This document shows positions 18,070 to 27,400 of a stretch of 64,000 nucleotides of DNA, piece after piece. Positions within the stretch are counted from its first letter, which is position 1. Each line of letters opens with the position of its first letter. The stretch is from Thermoplasmata archaeon (GTDB taxonomy: Archaea > Thermoplasmatota > Thermoplasmata > Lutacidiplasmatales > UBA184): NCBI GenBank assembly GCA_021796385.1, contig JAJYXQ010000005.1:21398-85397 (forward strand), written 5' to 3'. The notes below the pieces were generated by a model. The model saw nothing but the letters and a program-made list of their open reading frames with translations. It was not told the DNA's origin and did no database searches. A program made the translations under genes and the position numbers.

Positions 18070-18895
18070 GAATCCCTCCGGTTTCCTTCATGATCTTGGT
18101 GTGCGCGATCCAGGCATGCAAATACGTTCCCGCAGGAAGCGGCATCCACAAACCGGGTTCATCATCCAGGGGTTCGCTCGCCACTGCGAAATTCCCGGCC
18201 CGTTCGCGGAAGCACATCTCATAGTAGGGGCGTTTCCCACCGGCCAGTGATGTCCCGTGGTCCCCTTGGTAGAGGCAAAAAGCCCACAATTCCACCGGCG
18301 AGGTAGCCACGATGAGGTTGAGCCCGCTGTACGGGCCTTTGCCTGGCCTCCCCTGGGCTTCCCAGACGGCGGTCAGCTCCTTGACGGAGCGCTCGTAGGC
18401 CTCCCGGAGGTCGGAAGAACGGCTCCGGTTATGTAGAAGGAGGTAGAAGAGGACCTCGGAATCGTTCAATCCCCGAGGGGATTGGGAATAGGGTCCGAGC
18501 CGGGAACGGGTCTCGGCAGGGAGGGGGATCATCCCGTTATGGATGAAGAGCAATCCGTCTTCCGAGAACGGTTGGCTGTTGGCGCTCCCGTGCAGGCGTT
18601 CGAGCGGGAGGTTCATGGGATTGCTTGCCTTGCGCAGGTGGCCCACCACAAGGGTGCCCGAAGCGTCGTGAGCGGCCGAAAGGAACTGCGAGCGTTCCGC
18701 GGGACGGAACGCACCGTAGCTCCCCTTTCGTATGACCGGGGTGCCGGCGTGGAACCAACCGATCCCCCAGCCGTCATCCTGGAGATGTTCCGGGTTCACA
18801 TCCGAGAGCCGAAGAAGGGAATGGGCAGATTGGGTCAGAAGGTCCTCCGCAGGCGTTTCATTCGGAGACAACCAACCAAACAATCTGCACATGGT
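18050..18895 (-). CDS. class-II (Ntn) glutamine amidotransferase-like protein (YafJ/EgtC type)
   Basis: I place the start at the internal MCRLFGWLS, where Cys2 is the nucleophile after Met removal. GWGIGWF and HLRKASNPMN are typical of GATase_4/6. The track ORF starts 35 codons upstream. Confidence 0.65.
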   Translation of the reverse strand, partial: TMCRLFGWLSPNETPAEDLLTQSAHSLLRLSDVNPEHLQDDGWGIGWFHAGTPVIRKGSYGAFRPAERSQFLSAAHDASGTLVVGHLRKASNPMNLPLERLHGSANSQPFSEDGLLFIHNGMIPLPAETRSRLGPYSQSPRGLNDSEVLFYLLLHNRSRSSDLREAYERSVKELTAVWEAQGRPGKGPYSGLNLIVATSPVELWAFCLYQGDHGTSLAGGKRPYYEMCFRERAGNFAVASEPLDDEPGLWMPLPAGTYLHAWIAHTKIMKETGGIHAKLGS

Positions 18896-19189
18896 ATCAA
18901 CCCGTCGAACTCGGGTCCGCTCCTTTGAGTGAAGCGAGCAGTACCGTTGACAAAGTGGGATGACGGTGGGTGTGTCTCTGACCGACGGATTGTTGCCCAA
19001 CGCCCATAGGCCCGGAGCCCAGTGACCTTAAAGATTCATAAATCTTGCTTTGCCGCCGGGAAGGCTTTCCAGTCGAGCCAAACGATTAAATAGGGATGCC
19101 ATACTTAGACAGGGCAGCAGACAAATGTCGGACGCTTACCATTTGCAGGGCATCGGATTGTCTGACAAGGCCGGTCGGAGGGCGCTAGA

Positions 19190-22100
19190 ATGTATCTGAA
19201 GTGCCTGCGGGTTCGCAACTTCAAGTCGTTCGCCGGGAGTTCAGAGATCCCCTTCTCCCCGGGCTTCACCGGCGTTGCGGGACCGAACGGGATGGGGAAG
19301 TCCAACATCTCTGACGGTATCCTTTTTGTCTTGGGACCGCCGAGCTCCAAGGCCCTCCGGGCTGACCGTCTCACCCGGCTCTTCTTCGATGGGGGAAAGC
19401 AGGGGAAGCCCGCCACGGAGTGCGAGGTCTCCCTCGTCTTTGACAACTCGGACCGTAGCCTCGCCATCGACTCCAATGAGGTCGAGTTCACCCGGTACGT
19501 GAAGCTGGCCCCCGGGAACCCCGAGGGTTATTATTCCTACTTTTATGTGAACGGACGGCGGAGCACCCAAGGCGAGATGGATGCCTTGCTCTCGAAGGCC
19601 CGGCTCTCGGGCGATGGATACAACATTGTCCAGCAAGGGGAGATCAATCGTATCATCGTTATGAGCCCCTTGGAACGGCGGGGACTGCTCGAAAAACTCG
19701 CGGGCATCTCCCAGTACGACGACGACCTTGCGCGGGCCGCCGAGAAGCAAGCAAGCCTCGAAGCCAACATGGCCCAGATCGCCACCCTCCTCACAGAGGT
19801 CGAAAGGCATCTTTCTGAGCTGGACGGGCAGCGTACCCAGGCCCTCCGCTACAAGGACCTGAACGACCAGAAGCATCGCTGTGAGGCGGCGCTTGCCCAC
19901 ATGAACCTCACGCGGCTGAAGGCCGATGTCTCGAGCAACGAAAAGAAGATGGCCGACATCTCCACCGAGGTGGAGAAGCTCAAGGCCCGGCTCGAGGAAC
20001 TCCGGGCCGAGAAGGGGCGTCTCCAAGGGGAGATCAACGCCATCGACTCGGAGATCGCCCGGCGGGGCGGGGAAGAGGCGGTCCGGATCAAGAAGGAGAA
20101 GGACGAGCGGACCCTTGATGTGGGTCGGCTCCAGATGGCCCTCGAGAACGTCCAGCAGAGCGTGTCCACGCTCACGCAAGAGAAAGGAGCGTTCGAGAAG
20201 GAGCTCTCTTCGAAACGGAAGGCCCTCAAGGAACTCGAGCTCAAGGCCAAATCCTTGGACGGGGAAGTCCGGGAGATAGAGAAGAAGGTCAAGGCTCATG
20301 CCGAGACGCTCTCGACCACCAGTGAGACCCGAAGCATATCGCAGAAGGCCGTTGAGCTCAAGAAGTCCATCGTGTCCAATGAACAGGACCAGCGCGAGAA
20401 GCAGACGGCCTGGGAAACGGCCCTCAAGACCGGCGAGGCGCGCAAGGCGGAGATGGCCTCCCTTGAGCGCGAGAAGGCTCTCGCCGAGGAGGACTTCTCC
20501 CACCGCCAAGCGGAGGTCAAGGACCTCGAATTCCGTGTCAAGAATGCCTCGAGTTCCCGGAAGGGGAGTGAGCAATCCGTCGGCACGCTCACACCGGAAC
20601 TCCACCAACTTCGCGCCCGGGAGAAGACCCTGACCGCAAGGGCAGAGAACTTGGCCGCGGAACTGCTTGAGTTGAACCGGGCCTTTTCGGCCCTGGATGC
20701 CCGGCTGAAGGAACGGGGCAACCAAGGGGGTTCCTTGGCCCTGGCCACTGACTTCCTCCTGACCCAGGGAAACCTGGGAAAGATCTCGGGTATCAAGGGA
20801 AAGGTCGAGGATTTGCTCTCCTATGAGCCGGACCTCGCCACGGCAGTGGCAGTCGCGGGGGGGAACCGTCTACAGGCGTTGGTGGTGGACACCGATGCTA
20901 CGGCCCAGGCCTGCATCGAACTCCTGAACAAGGAAAGGAAGGGGCGGGTCACGCTCCTCCCGCTCAACAAGATGCTCCCGGCGCGTCCCAAAGGCAAGTC
21001 ACTGGTGGTCCAGAAGTCTCCCGGATGCCGGGGCTTTGCCCTCGATCTCGTGCACTTCGATGCGAGCCTGGATGCGGTGATGTCATTCGTGTTCGGCGAG
21101 ACACTGATCATGGACTCGTTGGAGAATGCCCGGAAGGTGATGGGGGGCGTTCGCCTGGCCACTCTTCGGGGAGAACTCATCGAAGCTTCGGGTGCCATGA
21201 CGGGAGGTTCGCTCTCCGGATCAGGAAAGGCTCCCAAAGACAACCCGGCCACGCTCCGCGCGATCTCGGAGAACCTGGGACAGAAGACGGAAGAGGAAGC
21301 CCAGGTGAAGGCCGAGCTGAAGACGGTGACCGAACGGCTCCGCGTGGTCTCCGAGGAGCTGGCCCGGCACTCGGTCCGGGCTTCCAGCAGTGCATCGACA
21401 CTGGAGGAGCTCAACAAGGAGCTCGAGAAGGCCCGGGAGGCCCACAAAGCGGCCGACCAGCGGTTGAAGCAGCTGGCGACCCGGTTCGAGACGATCTCCC
21501 GGCAATCCGTTGAGGCCGAAGAGCGGGCCAAAGAGATCAACGAGGCACTTAGCCAGCTCAAGGCCTCCCACGAGCAGCTCGAGAAAGAATACTTGGAGAA
21601 CCTCCCGAACGCCCTATCTTCGCGGGTCAAGAAGCTCCAGGAAGAGGGCGAAGAACTGGGCAATGAACGTCTTCGGTTGCACCGGGAGCTCGAGGGAGCC
21701 CGGACCGCGCTCACCTCGGGCGAAGAGGTGTTGAACGCGCGTCAGAAGGAGTACGAAACCCTGGTTGCGGTACTCGCCGCGAAGACCAAAGAGGCCAAAG
21801 AGACCGAATCCGCCCTCCACGCGGCACAGGAGAAGCTCCAGGCGATCGAGAAGGTCATCGAAGCGCAAAGCACGGCCTCTCGCGCGCTGAACACCAAGAA
21901 GGATGGCTTCACCCAACAGTTCACCCAGGTGTCGACCGAGGAGGGAAAGGTCGCGACGAAGCTGCAGACCCAAGAGGGACTCCTTGCGGACTTCCGGATA
22001 CGCCTTGAGACCGCCCGGAAGGCAGTCGAGGATGCCTTGGCCGCTGCGCAGGATGTCCCTGAGCCCGGGGAGGACCTCAAAGGGAAGACCTTCGAGGAGA

Positions 22101-22816
22101 TCCGGCGGCGGATCGAATCGCTTTCCGGTGAGATCACGGCGCTCGGGGCCGTCAACACATTGGCCTTGGAGCAATACGACGCAGAGAAGAAGCGCATGGA
22201 CGAGTTCGAAGAGCAGGTCCATCGACTCAAGGATGAGCGGCAGGGCCTGCTTTCCCTCGTGGCCCAGCTTGAGGACAAGAAGCGTGCCCGATTGAAGGAT
22301 GTGATCACCGGGGTTGGCGAAGGCTACCGGACGATCTATTCGGAACTTTCCGGTGGGGGAGAAGGGGAGCTTGAGATGGAGGTCCCGGAGGACCCGCTCA
22401 AGGGCGGCCTGCTCATCCGGGCCCGACCCGTGGGGAAGAAGGCCGCCCGGCTCGAACAACTCTCGGGTGGGGAAAAGTCCCTCGCCTCGCTGGCCTTCAT
22501 CTTTGCCCTCCAGCGTTATGATCCTTCCCCGCTCTATGTGCTGGACGAGGTCGACATGAGCCTGGATGGCATCAATGCCGAGAACATCGGCCGGATGCTG
22601 AGGAGGAACTCCACCAAGGCCCAATTCATCGTGATCTCCCTACGGAAGGTCACCCTCAAGTGGGCCGAACACCTCTTCGGGGTCACCCAGCGGGGCGATG
22701 GCATCTCCCACGTAGTCGGATTGCGGTTGGATGACATCGTGGACGTCGACGAGCGGGAACTGTCGAAGGTGGCCGCCCACGAGGCGATGGCGCCCCGGGC
22801 GCCGGAGCTCGCATGA
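19190..22816 (+). CDS. smc: chromosome segregation protein SMC
   Basis: 1208 aa. N-terminal Walker A FTGVAGPNGMGKSNISDGILFVLG, long coiled coils, a central hinge (GKISGIKGKVEDLLSYEPDLATAVAVAGGNRLQALVVD) and a C-terminal signature LSGGEKSLASLAFIFAL plus Walker B LYVLDEVD. A GGAGGG Shine-Dalgarno lies upstream. Confidence 0.95.
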   Translation: MYLKCLRVRNFKSFAGSSEIPFSPGFTGVAGPNGMGKSNISDGILFVLGPPSSKALRADRLTRLFFDGGKQGKPATECEVSLVFDNSDRSLAIDSNEVEFTRYVKLAPGNPEGYYSYFYVNGRRSTQGEMDALLSKARLSGDGYNIVQQGEINRIIVMSPLERRGLLEKLAGISQYDDDLARAAEKQASLEANMAQIATLLTEVERHLSELDGQRTQALRYKDLNDQKHRCEAALAHMNLTRLKADVSSNEKKMADISTEVEKLKARLEELRAEKGRLQGEINAIDSEIARRGGEEAVRIKKEKDERTLDVGRLQMALENVQQSVSTLTQEKGAFEKELSSKRKALKELELKAKSLDGEVREIEKKVKAHAETLSTTSETRSISQKAVELKKSIVSNEQDQREKQTAWETALKTGEARKAEMASLEREKALAEEDFSHRQAEVKDLEFRVKNASSSRKGSEQSVGTLTPELHQLRAREKTLTARAENLAAELLELNRAFSALDARLKERGNQGGSLALATDFLLTQGNLGKISGIKGKVEDLLSYEPDLATAVAVAGGNRLQALVVDTDATAQACIELLNKERKGRVTLLPLNKMLPARPKGKSLVVQKSPGCRGFALDLVHFDASLDAVMSFVFGETLIMDSLENARKVMGGVRLATLRGELIEASGAMTGGSLSGSGKAPKDNPATLRAISENLGQKTEEEAQVKAELKTVTERLRVVSEELARHSVRASSSASTLEELNKELEKAREAHKAADQRLKQLATRFETISRQSVEAEERAKEINEALSQLKASHEQLEKEYLENLPNALSSRVKKLQEEGEELGNERLRLHRELEGARTALTSGEEVLNARQKEYETLVAVLAAKTKEAKETESALHAAQEKLQAIEKVIEAQSTASRALNTKKDGFTQQFTQVSTEEGKVATKLQTQEGLLADFRIRLETARKAVEDALAAAQDVPEPGEDLKGKTFEEIRRRIESLSGEITALGAVNTLALEQYDAEKKRMDEFEEQVHRLKDERQGLLSLVAQLEDKKRARLKDVITGVGEGYRTIYSELSGGGEGELEMEVPEDPLKGGLLIRARPVGKKAARLEQLSGGEKSLASLAFIFALQRYDPSPLYVLDEVDMSLDGINAENIGRMLRRNSTKAQFIVISLRKVTLKWAEHLFGVTQRGDGISHVVGLRLDDIVDVDERELSKVAAHEAMAPRAPELA

Positions 22817-23808
22817 CCGTTTCGGAGCAGGAGGCGAAGGAGATCGCGCTGAACACCATCCCGGTTCCCCGCGAAGCCGCCCAGCACGTGCTCGAGTACC
22901 TTTCCTGGAACAAGGCGCTCATCGGAGAGGACCTCGCCACTACCCAGCGCCTCGACCGGTACCTCGAAATGGTGAAGGGGCTCCGGGAAGGGGTCCACGT
23001 GGTCATCGAGGATCCGTACGAGAAGGCCACGGCCCTTCTCTTTGAACTGGTCCTATCCGAAGAGTTCAATCCCTGGGCGATCGACCTCGTACGGTTCACC
23101 GAGCTCTACCTCGAACGGATCCAGGCGATCGGGATGGATTTCCCAGTTGCGGGCCGGCTCCTCTACATGGCTTGGAACATCCTCTTCCTCCAGTCAAAGG
23201 TGGTGCTTGAGTCCCATCGTGAGCCCGAACCCTCCCCGGAGACCTCCCTGGATGGAGGGGGGATCGATGAAGGATATCTTTCCGACCTGACTACGGCCGA
23301 AGATATTGATGCCACGTCGACCATTTTGACTTCGGAGTCCCCGCCGTTCGAATCCATGGTGCGCCACCTCGAGACGCGACCCGTGAGCCTGATGGAGCTC
23401 GAGCACGCCTTCCGGGACGCCGAAATCGAGGCCCGCCGGGCCTTGGAGCAAGAGGCGGCCCGGGAGAAGCTCCGGGCCGTGCAAGGTGCGCTATCGCACT
23501 CCGTTCTCGTCCATGGGGAGGAAGTACCCATTTGTGACCTGAACACCGTCTGGTCGGTCGTCGAGCGTCACCCCGTGGGAGAGGCCTTTTCGTTCGCAGA
23601 GGTCCTGCAGGGTGTGACCTCTCGGGAGAAGGTGGTCTCGCTCTTCCTCTCGCTCCTTTTCCTCGTGCGCGGGGGCGCTGTGACCCTCCAGCAGAAGTCG
23701 ATCGGGGGAGGGCCGGTGGAGGTCATCCGAGCCCTGGAGCAAATGGACCCGGCCCGGATCCTGATCGGAGCGGACGCAGCGGTGCCTCGATCGGGTATGG
23801 CCAACTGA
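22813..23808 (+). CDS. scpA: segregation and condensation protein A (kleisin ScpA)
   Basis: Start overlaps the smc stop (ATGA). NPWAIDLVRFTELYLERIQAIGMDFPVAGRLLYMAWNILFLQSKVVL is the ScpA N-terminal domain. Confidence 0.85.
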   Translation: MTVSEQEAKEIALNTIPVPREAAQHVLEYLSWNKALIGEDLATTQRLDRYLEMVKGLREGVHVVIEDPYEKATALLFELVLSEEFNPWAIDLVRFTELYLERIQAIGMDFPVAGRLLYMAWNILFLQSKVVLESHREPEPSPETSLDGGGIDEGYLSDLTTAEDIDATSTILTSESPPFESMVRHLETRPVSLMELEHAFRDAEIEARRALEQEAAREKLRAVQGALSHSVLVHGEEVPICDLNTVWSVVERHPVGEAFSFAEVLQGVTSREKVVSLFLSLLFLVRGGAVTLQQKSIGGGPVEVIRALEQMDPARILIGADAAVPRSGMAN

Positions 23809-23812
23809 AGGC

Positions 23813-24424
23813 ATGGCGGACGAAGCGCCCATCCGGGACGAGTTGCCGCTCAAGGTAGAGGCGCTCCTCTTTGCGGTCGGGAAGCCCCTGACCGTCCATG
23901 AGCTTTCGCGTGCCCTCGGCACGGAGGACTGGAAAGCCGTTCAGGTCGCCTTGAAGAAGCTCCATCATGCCTACGCGTCGCGCCTCACCTCGCTCGAGGT
24001 GGCCCGGGCGGGGGACGGATGGATCATCCAGGTCCGCAAGGCCTACCTACCGACCGCCCGCACCGTGGCGGCGCCGGAACTTCCCAAGAAGTTGCTCAAG
24101 ACCTTGGCCCTCATCGCTTATCATCAACCGATCCTCCAAAGTCGCCTGGTGCGGATGCTGGGGGACTCCGCCTACGACGATGTTCCCCGGCTTCGCGATC
24201 TCGGCTTCGTGCGGGCGAGCGAGAAATCCAACACGCTCGAACTGACCACGAGCACCCGGTTCGCCGAGTACTTCGGCTTCGACACGACGGACCGGGCGAA
24301 GCTCAAGAAGCTGCTCGGCCGGAACCTAGGAATCCCCGACGCTCCGGAGACGAGCGAGGTAGAGACCCCGGAGGAGAAGCATGCCGGCCCCGGAGATGTC
24401 ACACCGGGGGAAGGACGCGCTTGA
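23813..24424 (+). CDS. scpB: segregation and condensation protein B (ScpB)
   Basis: LKVEALLFAVGKPLTVHELSRALGTEDWKAVQVALKKLHHAYASRLTSLEVARAGDGWIIQ contains the tandem winged helices of ScpB. Confidence 0.85.
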   Translation: MADEAPIRDELPLKVEALLFAVGKPLTVHELSRALGTEDWKAVQVALKKLHHAYASRLTSLEVARAGDGWIIQVRKAYLPTARTVAAPELPKKLLKTLALIAYHQPILQSRLVRMLGDSAYDDVPRLRDLGFVRASEKSNTLELTTSTRFAEYFGFDTTDRAKLKKLLGRNLGIPDAPETSEVETPEEKHAGPGDVTPGEGRA

Positions 24425-27400
24425 GTTCCTCGAGCCCCGTGCGGAGCCGCTCGAGGGCGGAAGGGTAGTCGCCCCGGTTCTTGAGACCCACCGCCTCGTC
24501 CATGAGGACCGTGATCTGGGTCGTGTCGACACGCTCGGCCTCGGCCTGCTCGATCCGGGAGACGAGGAGGCTTTGGAGGTTGATGAGTTCCGTCTGCCAC
24601 GCCTTGCGCTGGTTGAGCGCCTGTTCGATTCCCATGATCGCCTGGGCGGCCGCCACGAAGTTGTTCTCGGAGAGGAGGGACTCGGCCTCGCTCGTCTTCT
24701 CCTCGAGACCCGCCACCGAGACGTTCAGCTGGTCCCGGGCCCGCTGCAACTTCTTGTGGAACTCTTTGAGCTTCTCGGGCACGGCGGCGCGGATCATCGA
24801 GTCGAGGAGGACGGACGCCTCATGCGTCTTTCCCAGGGCACCGTTCAGGTTCGACTCCTGCAGGGCGTTCTTCGCCTCGGATATCTTCTCGATGATGGGA
24901 GTGAAATCGAGACCGAGCCGTTCGCAAAGCATCCCCAGCTCGGCCAACCGGTCGGACTCTGCGTCGATATACCGGGTATAGAACTGATTGATCTCGGTCT
25001 CTAGGCTCTTCCAGGTCTCGGCAACGGCCAGGAGATGGTTCTCGCGTAGGTTGTCCATCACGACGTCGGCAAGCACTTGGAGCTCTTCCAGCTTGGAATG
25101 TTCGTACGAGGCGGGGATCTTCTGGAGGCGCTCCTGCTGTTCGTGGAGGAATGCGACCGTGGCCCGGTTGACCTCACGGTAGGCCTGATCGATCGCCGTC
25201 GCCATCGCCGGATAATCTTCCCGGGTCTTGGCCTGGTGGGCCTGCTCGAGAGCGGTTGCCAGCCGAGCATGGGCTTCCTCCCCAGAAGGAAGAAGGTCCA
25301 GGAAGCCAGAGGCCTCCGTGAGCATGCGGGTGAAGGCTTCGCTCACGGTCTGGCGCATCGGTTCCCAGGCTTGTTTCGCCAAGGTCTCGGCCTCCCCGTA
25401 CTCACCCCGGGTGATGTCCGCCCGGGCCTTCGAGATCAACGACCGGTCCACATCGACCCCGAGTCCGGCAGCGGTCTCAGCCAGCTCTTCGACCCGGCGG
25501 ATGGACGATTCGGCCCGTCCCTGGAACTTCGCCGCCGACTGGAGATGCTCGCTGACGCGGAGCACCTGCTCCAGGACCTCAGCATAATGCCCCTCTTCAA
25601 AGATCTTCCGCACTTCGGTGATCTCCTCCGCAAGGTTGGGTGCGATCAGACCGGCCTTGATCGCCTCGTTCACCTTCCCTTCAAGGATCCCGAGCGAATT
25701 CTCGGCGATGGAATGCTGGAGCTCGATCCGCTCCAGTTCGCTCTCGGCCTTTCCCACGAGCTGGAGGATGTCCTGGGTGTTGTTCGTGGCCACTTTGTTC
25801 CGAGCCTGGGCCAGGTAGTTCTCGGCGGTCATCGTCAATGTACCCTCCATCTTGGCACGCGTGATGACGTTCTGGAGATTGTTGAGCAGGGTGTTAAGAT
25901 GCTCCTTGACCAAGGCGAGCGCGGAATTTCGGACATCTTGGGAAATGTCGAGGGCGACGGCGAACTGGGTCCCGGCGATCTTGGCGGCGACCTCGTCCAA
26001 CCGGGCTTGGTAGGCGATGACGTTAAGGTTCATCATCTCGGCCTGGGAAACGATTTCCTTGGCCGAAGCGAGTGCACGTTGCGCGGCCTCTTGGAGGGCT
26101 CGGTTCTGGGAAAAGTCCCGATGAACCTGCGCAAGGATCTTTGCGACACCGACCGGAGCGGCAGGGGACTTGAGCTTCTCATCGGCCTCATGCACGAGGC
26201 CTTCCGCGGCACGGATATCGATGCCTTGGTCGCTAGCGATCTTGAGCTCGGACTGCAGGGACTTTATGTTGTCCTGAAGGACGGGCCGTACCCGGTCCAG
26301 CACGCGGTCCATGAGCTCTTCGATGAGGAGCTTGACCTTCGAGGGGTTCGCTCCGGGAAGTTGATCCTGGAGGCTGGCGATCCGCTCTTCCCATTCTACG
26401 GTAGGGACCCCGAGCTGCGAGAGACCCTCCAGCACCCCTCGGAGGACATCCAACAACATCCGGCCATCGGTGCGCACCACAAGGTCATCCATTGACGATT
26501 GGATGTTGGCGAGCTGAGCCTCCGCCTCTTCGAACGCGAGCTTCTGGTAGGACTCCCTGACACCGGCGATGCGAGCGGTGACGGCACGCAGCTCTTCCAC
26601 GGGGGAGCCCTTCTTGCGCAGTGCGGTGATCTGGGCCACAATCTGCCCGATACGTTCCACGATCTTCTGAGAGCGTTGTTGGAGGGCCACGGCCTGTTCC
26701 TTCGCCCGGACCGCCGTCCTGTACGCTTCGAGGTAGCGACCGGCCTGGAACAGGTCGCGGGCCTGGTTCTGGAGTTCCCGGACATCCGGCGGCTCCGAGA
26801 TCATTTTGGATATCTCCACGATCGAGAGCTTGGCCCCGGCGAGGGCGTCTTCCGCCCGGGACATCGACAGCTGGGTGACGCGGCTGGACAAATCCTGCGC
26901 GGAACGCAGGGCCCGGAGCACGTTGCCGGTGTCCATGATCTGCCGGATGTCTCCTATCTCCCGGGTTAGGTCGGCGGTGTCATAGTCCATGGCCCGAAGG
27001 TTCTGCTCCCCGGTACCGAGGTCCTCGATCGCCTTGCCGACCTCGTTGGCGAAGGTGCCCGCGGTCTCCCGCTCCACCCGAACCAGGGCATCCATCGAAG
27101 CGATGAACTGGTCGATAGAGTCGGGCTGGGTCTTGACTTCAGCGATACGCTCGCTGGTCTGTTTGCGGGCCTCCTCGTTCGTCAAGGCCTCCAAGTCCTG
27201 ATTGAGCGTCTCTAACCTTTTGGCAAGCCCCTCCCGGACGGGGCCCTGAAGCTTTACGTTGATGTCGGAGAGGAGCTCGATCACCCCGGGTATGTTCCCG
27301 GAAGAGAGCATCATCTTGAGGTCGTCCAGACGAGAACGGACCTCGTTTGGAACCGCCATCCCGAGGTCAACCATCATGGTCAGACACCGCTCCGCCTGAT

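Noticed and set aside
17507-18250. 247-aa and 157-aa plus-strand ORFs
   Set aside because: They are Arg/Gly-rich and overlap both the minus-strand hypothetical gene and the GATase-II gene. The minus-strand reading has the more protein-like composition. All three remain low confidence.
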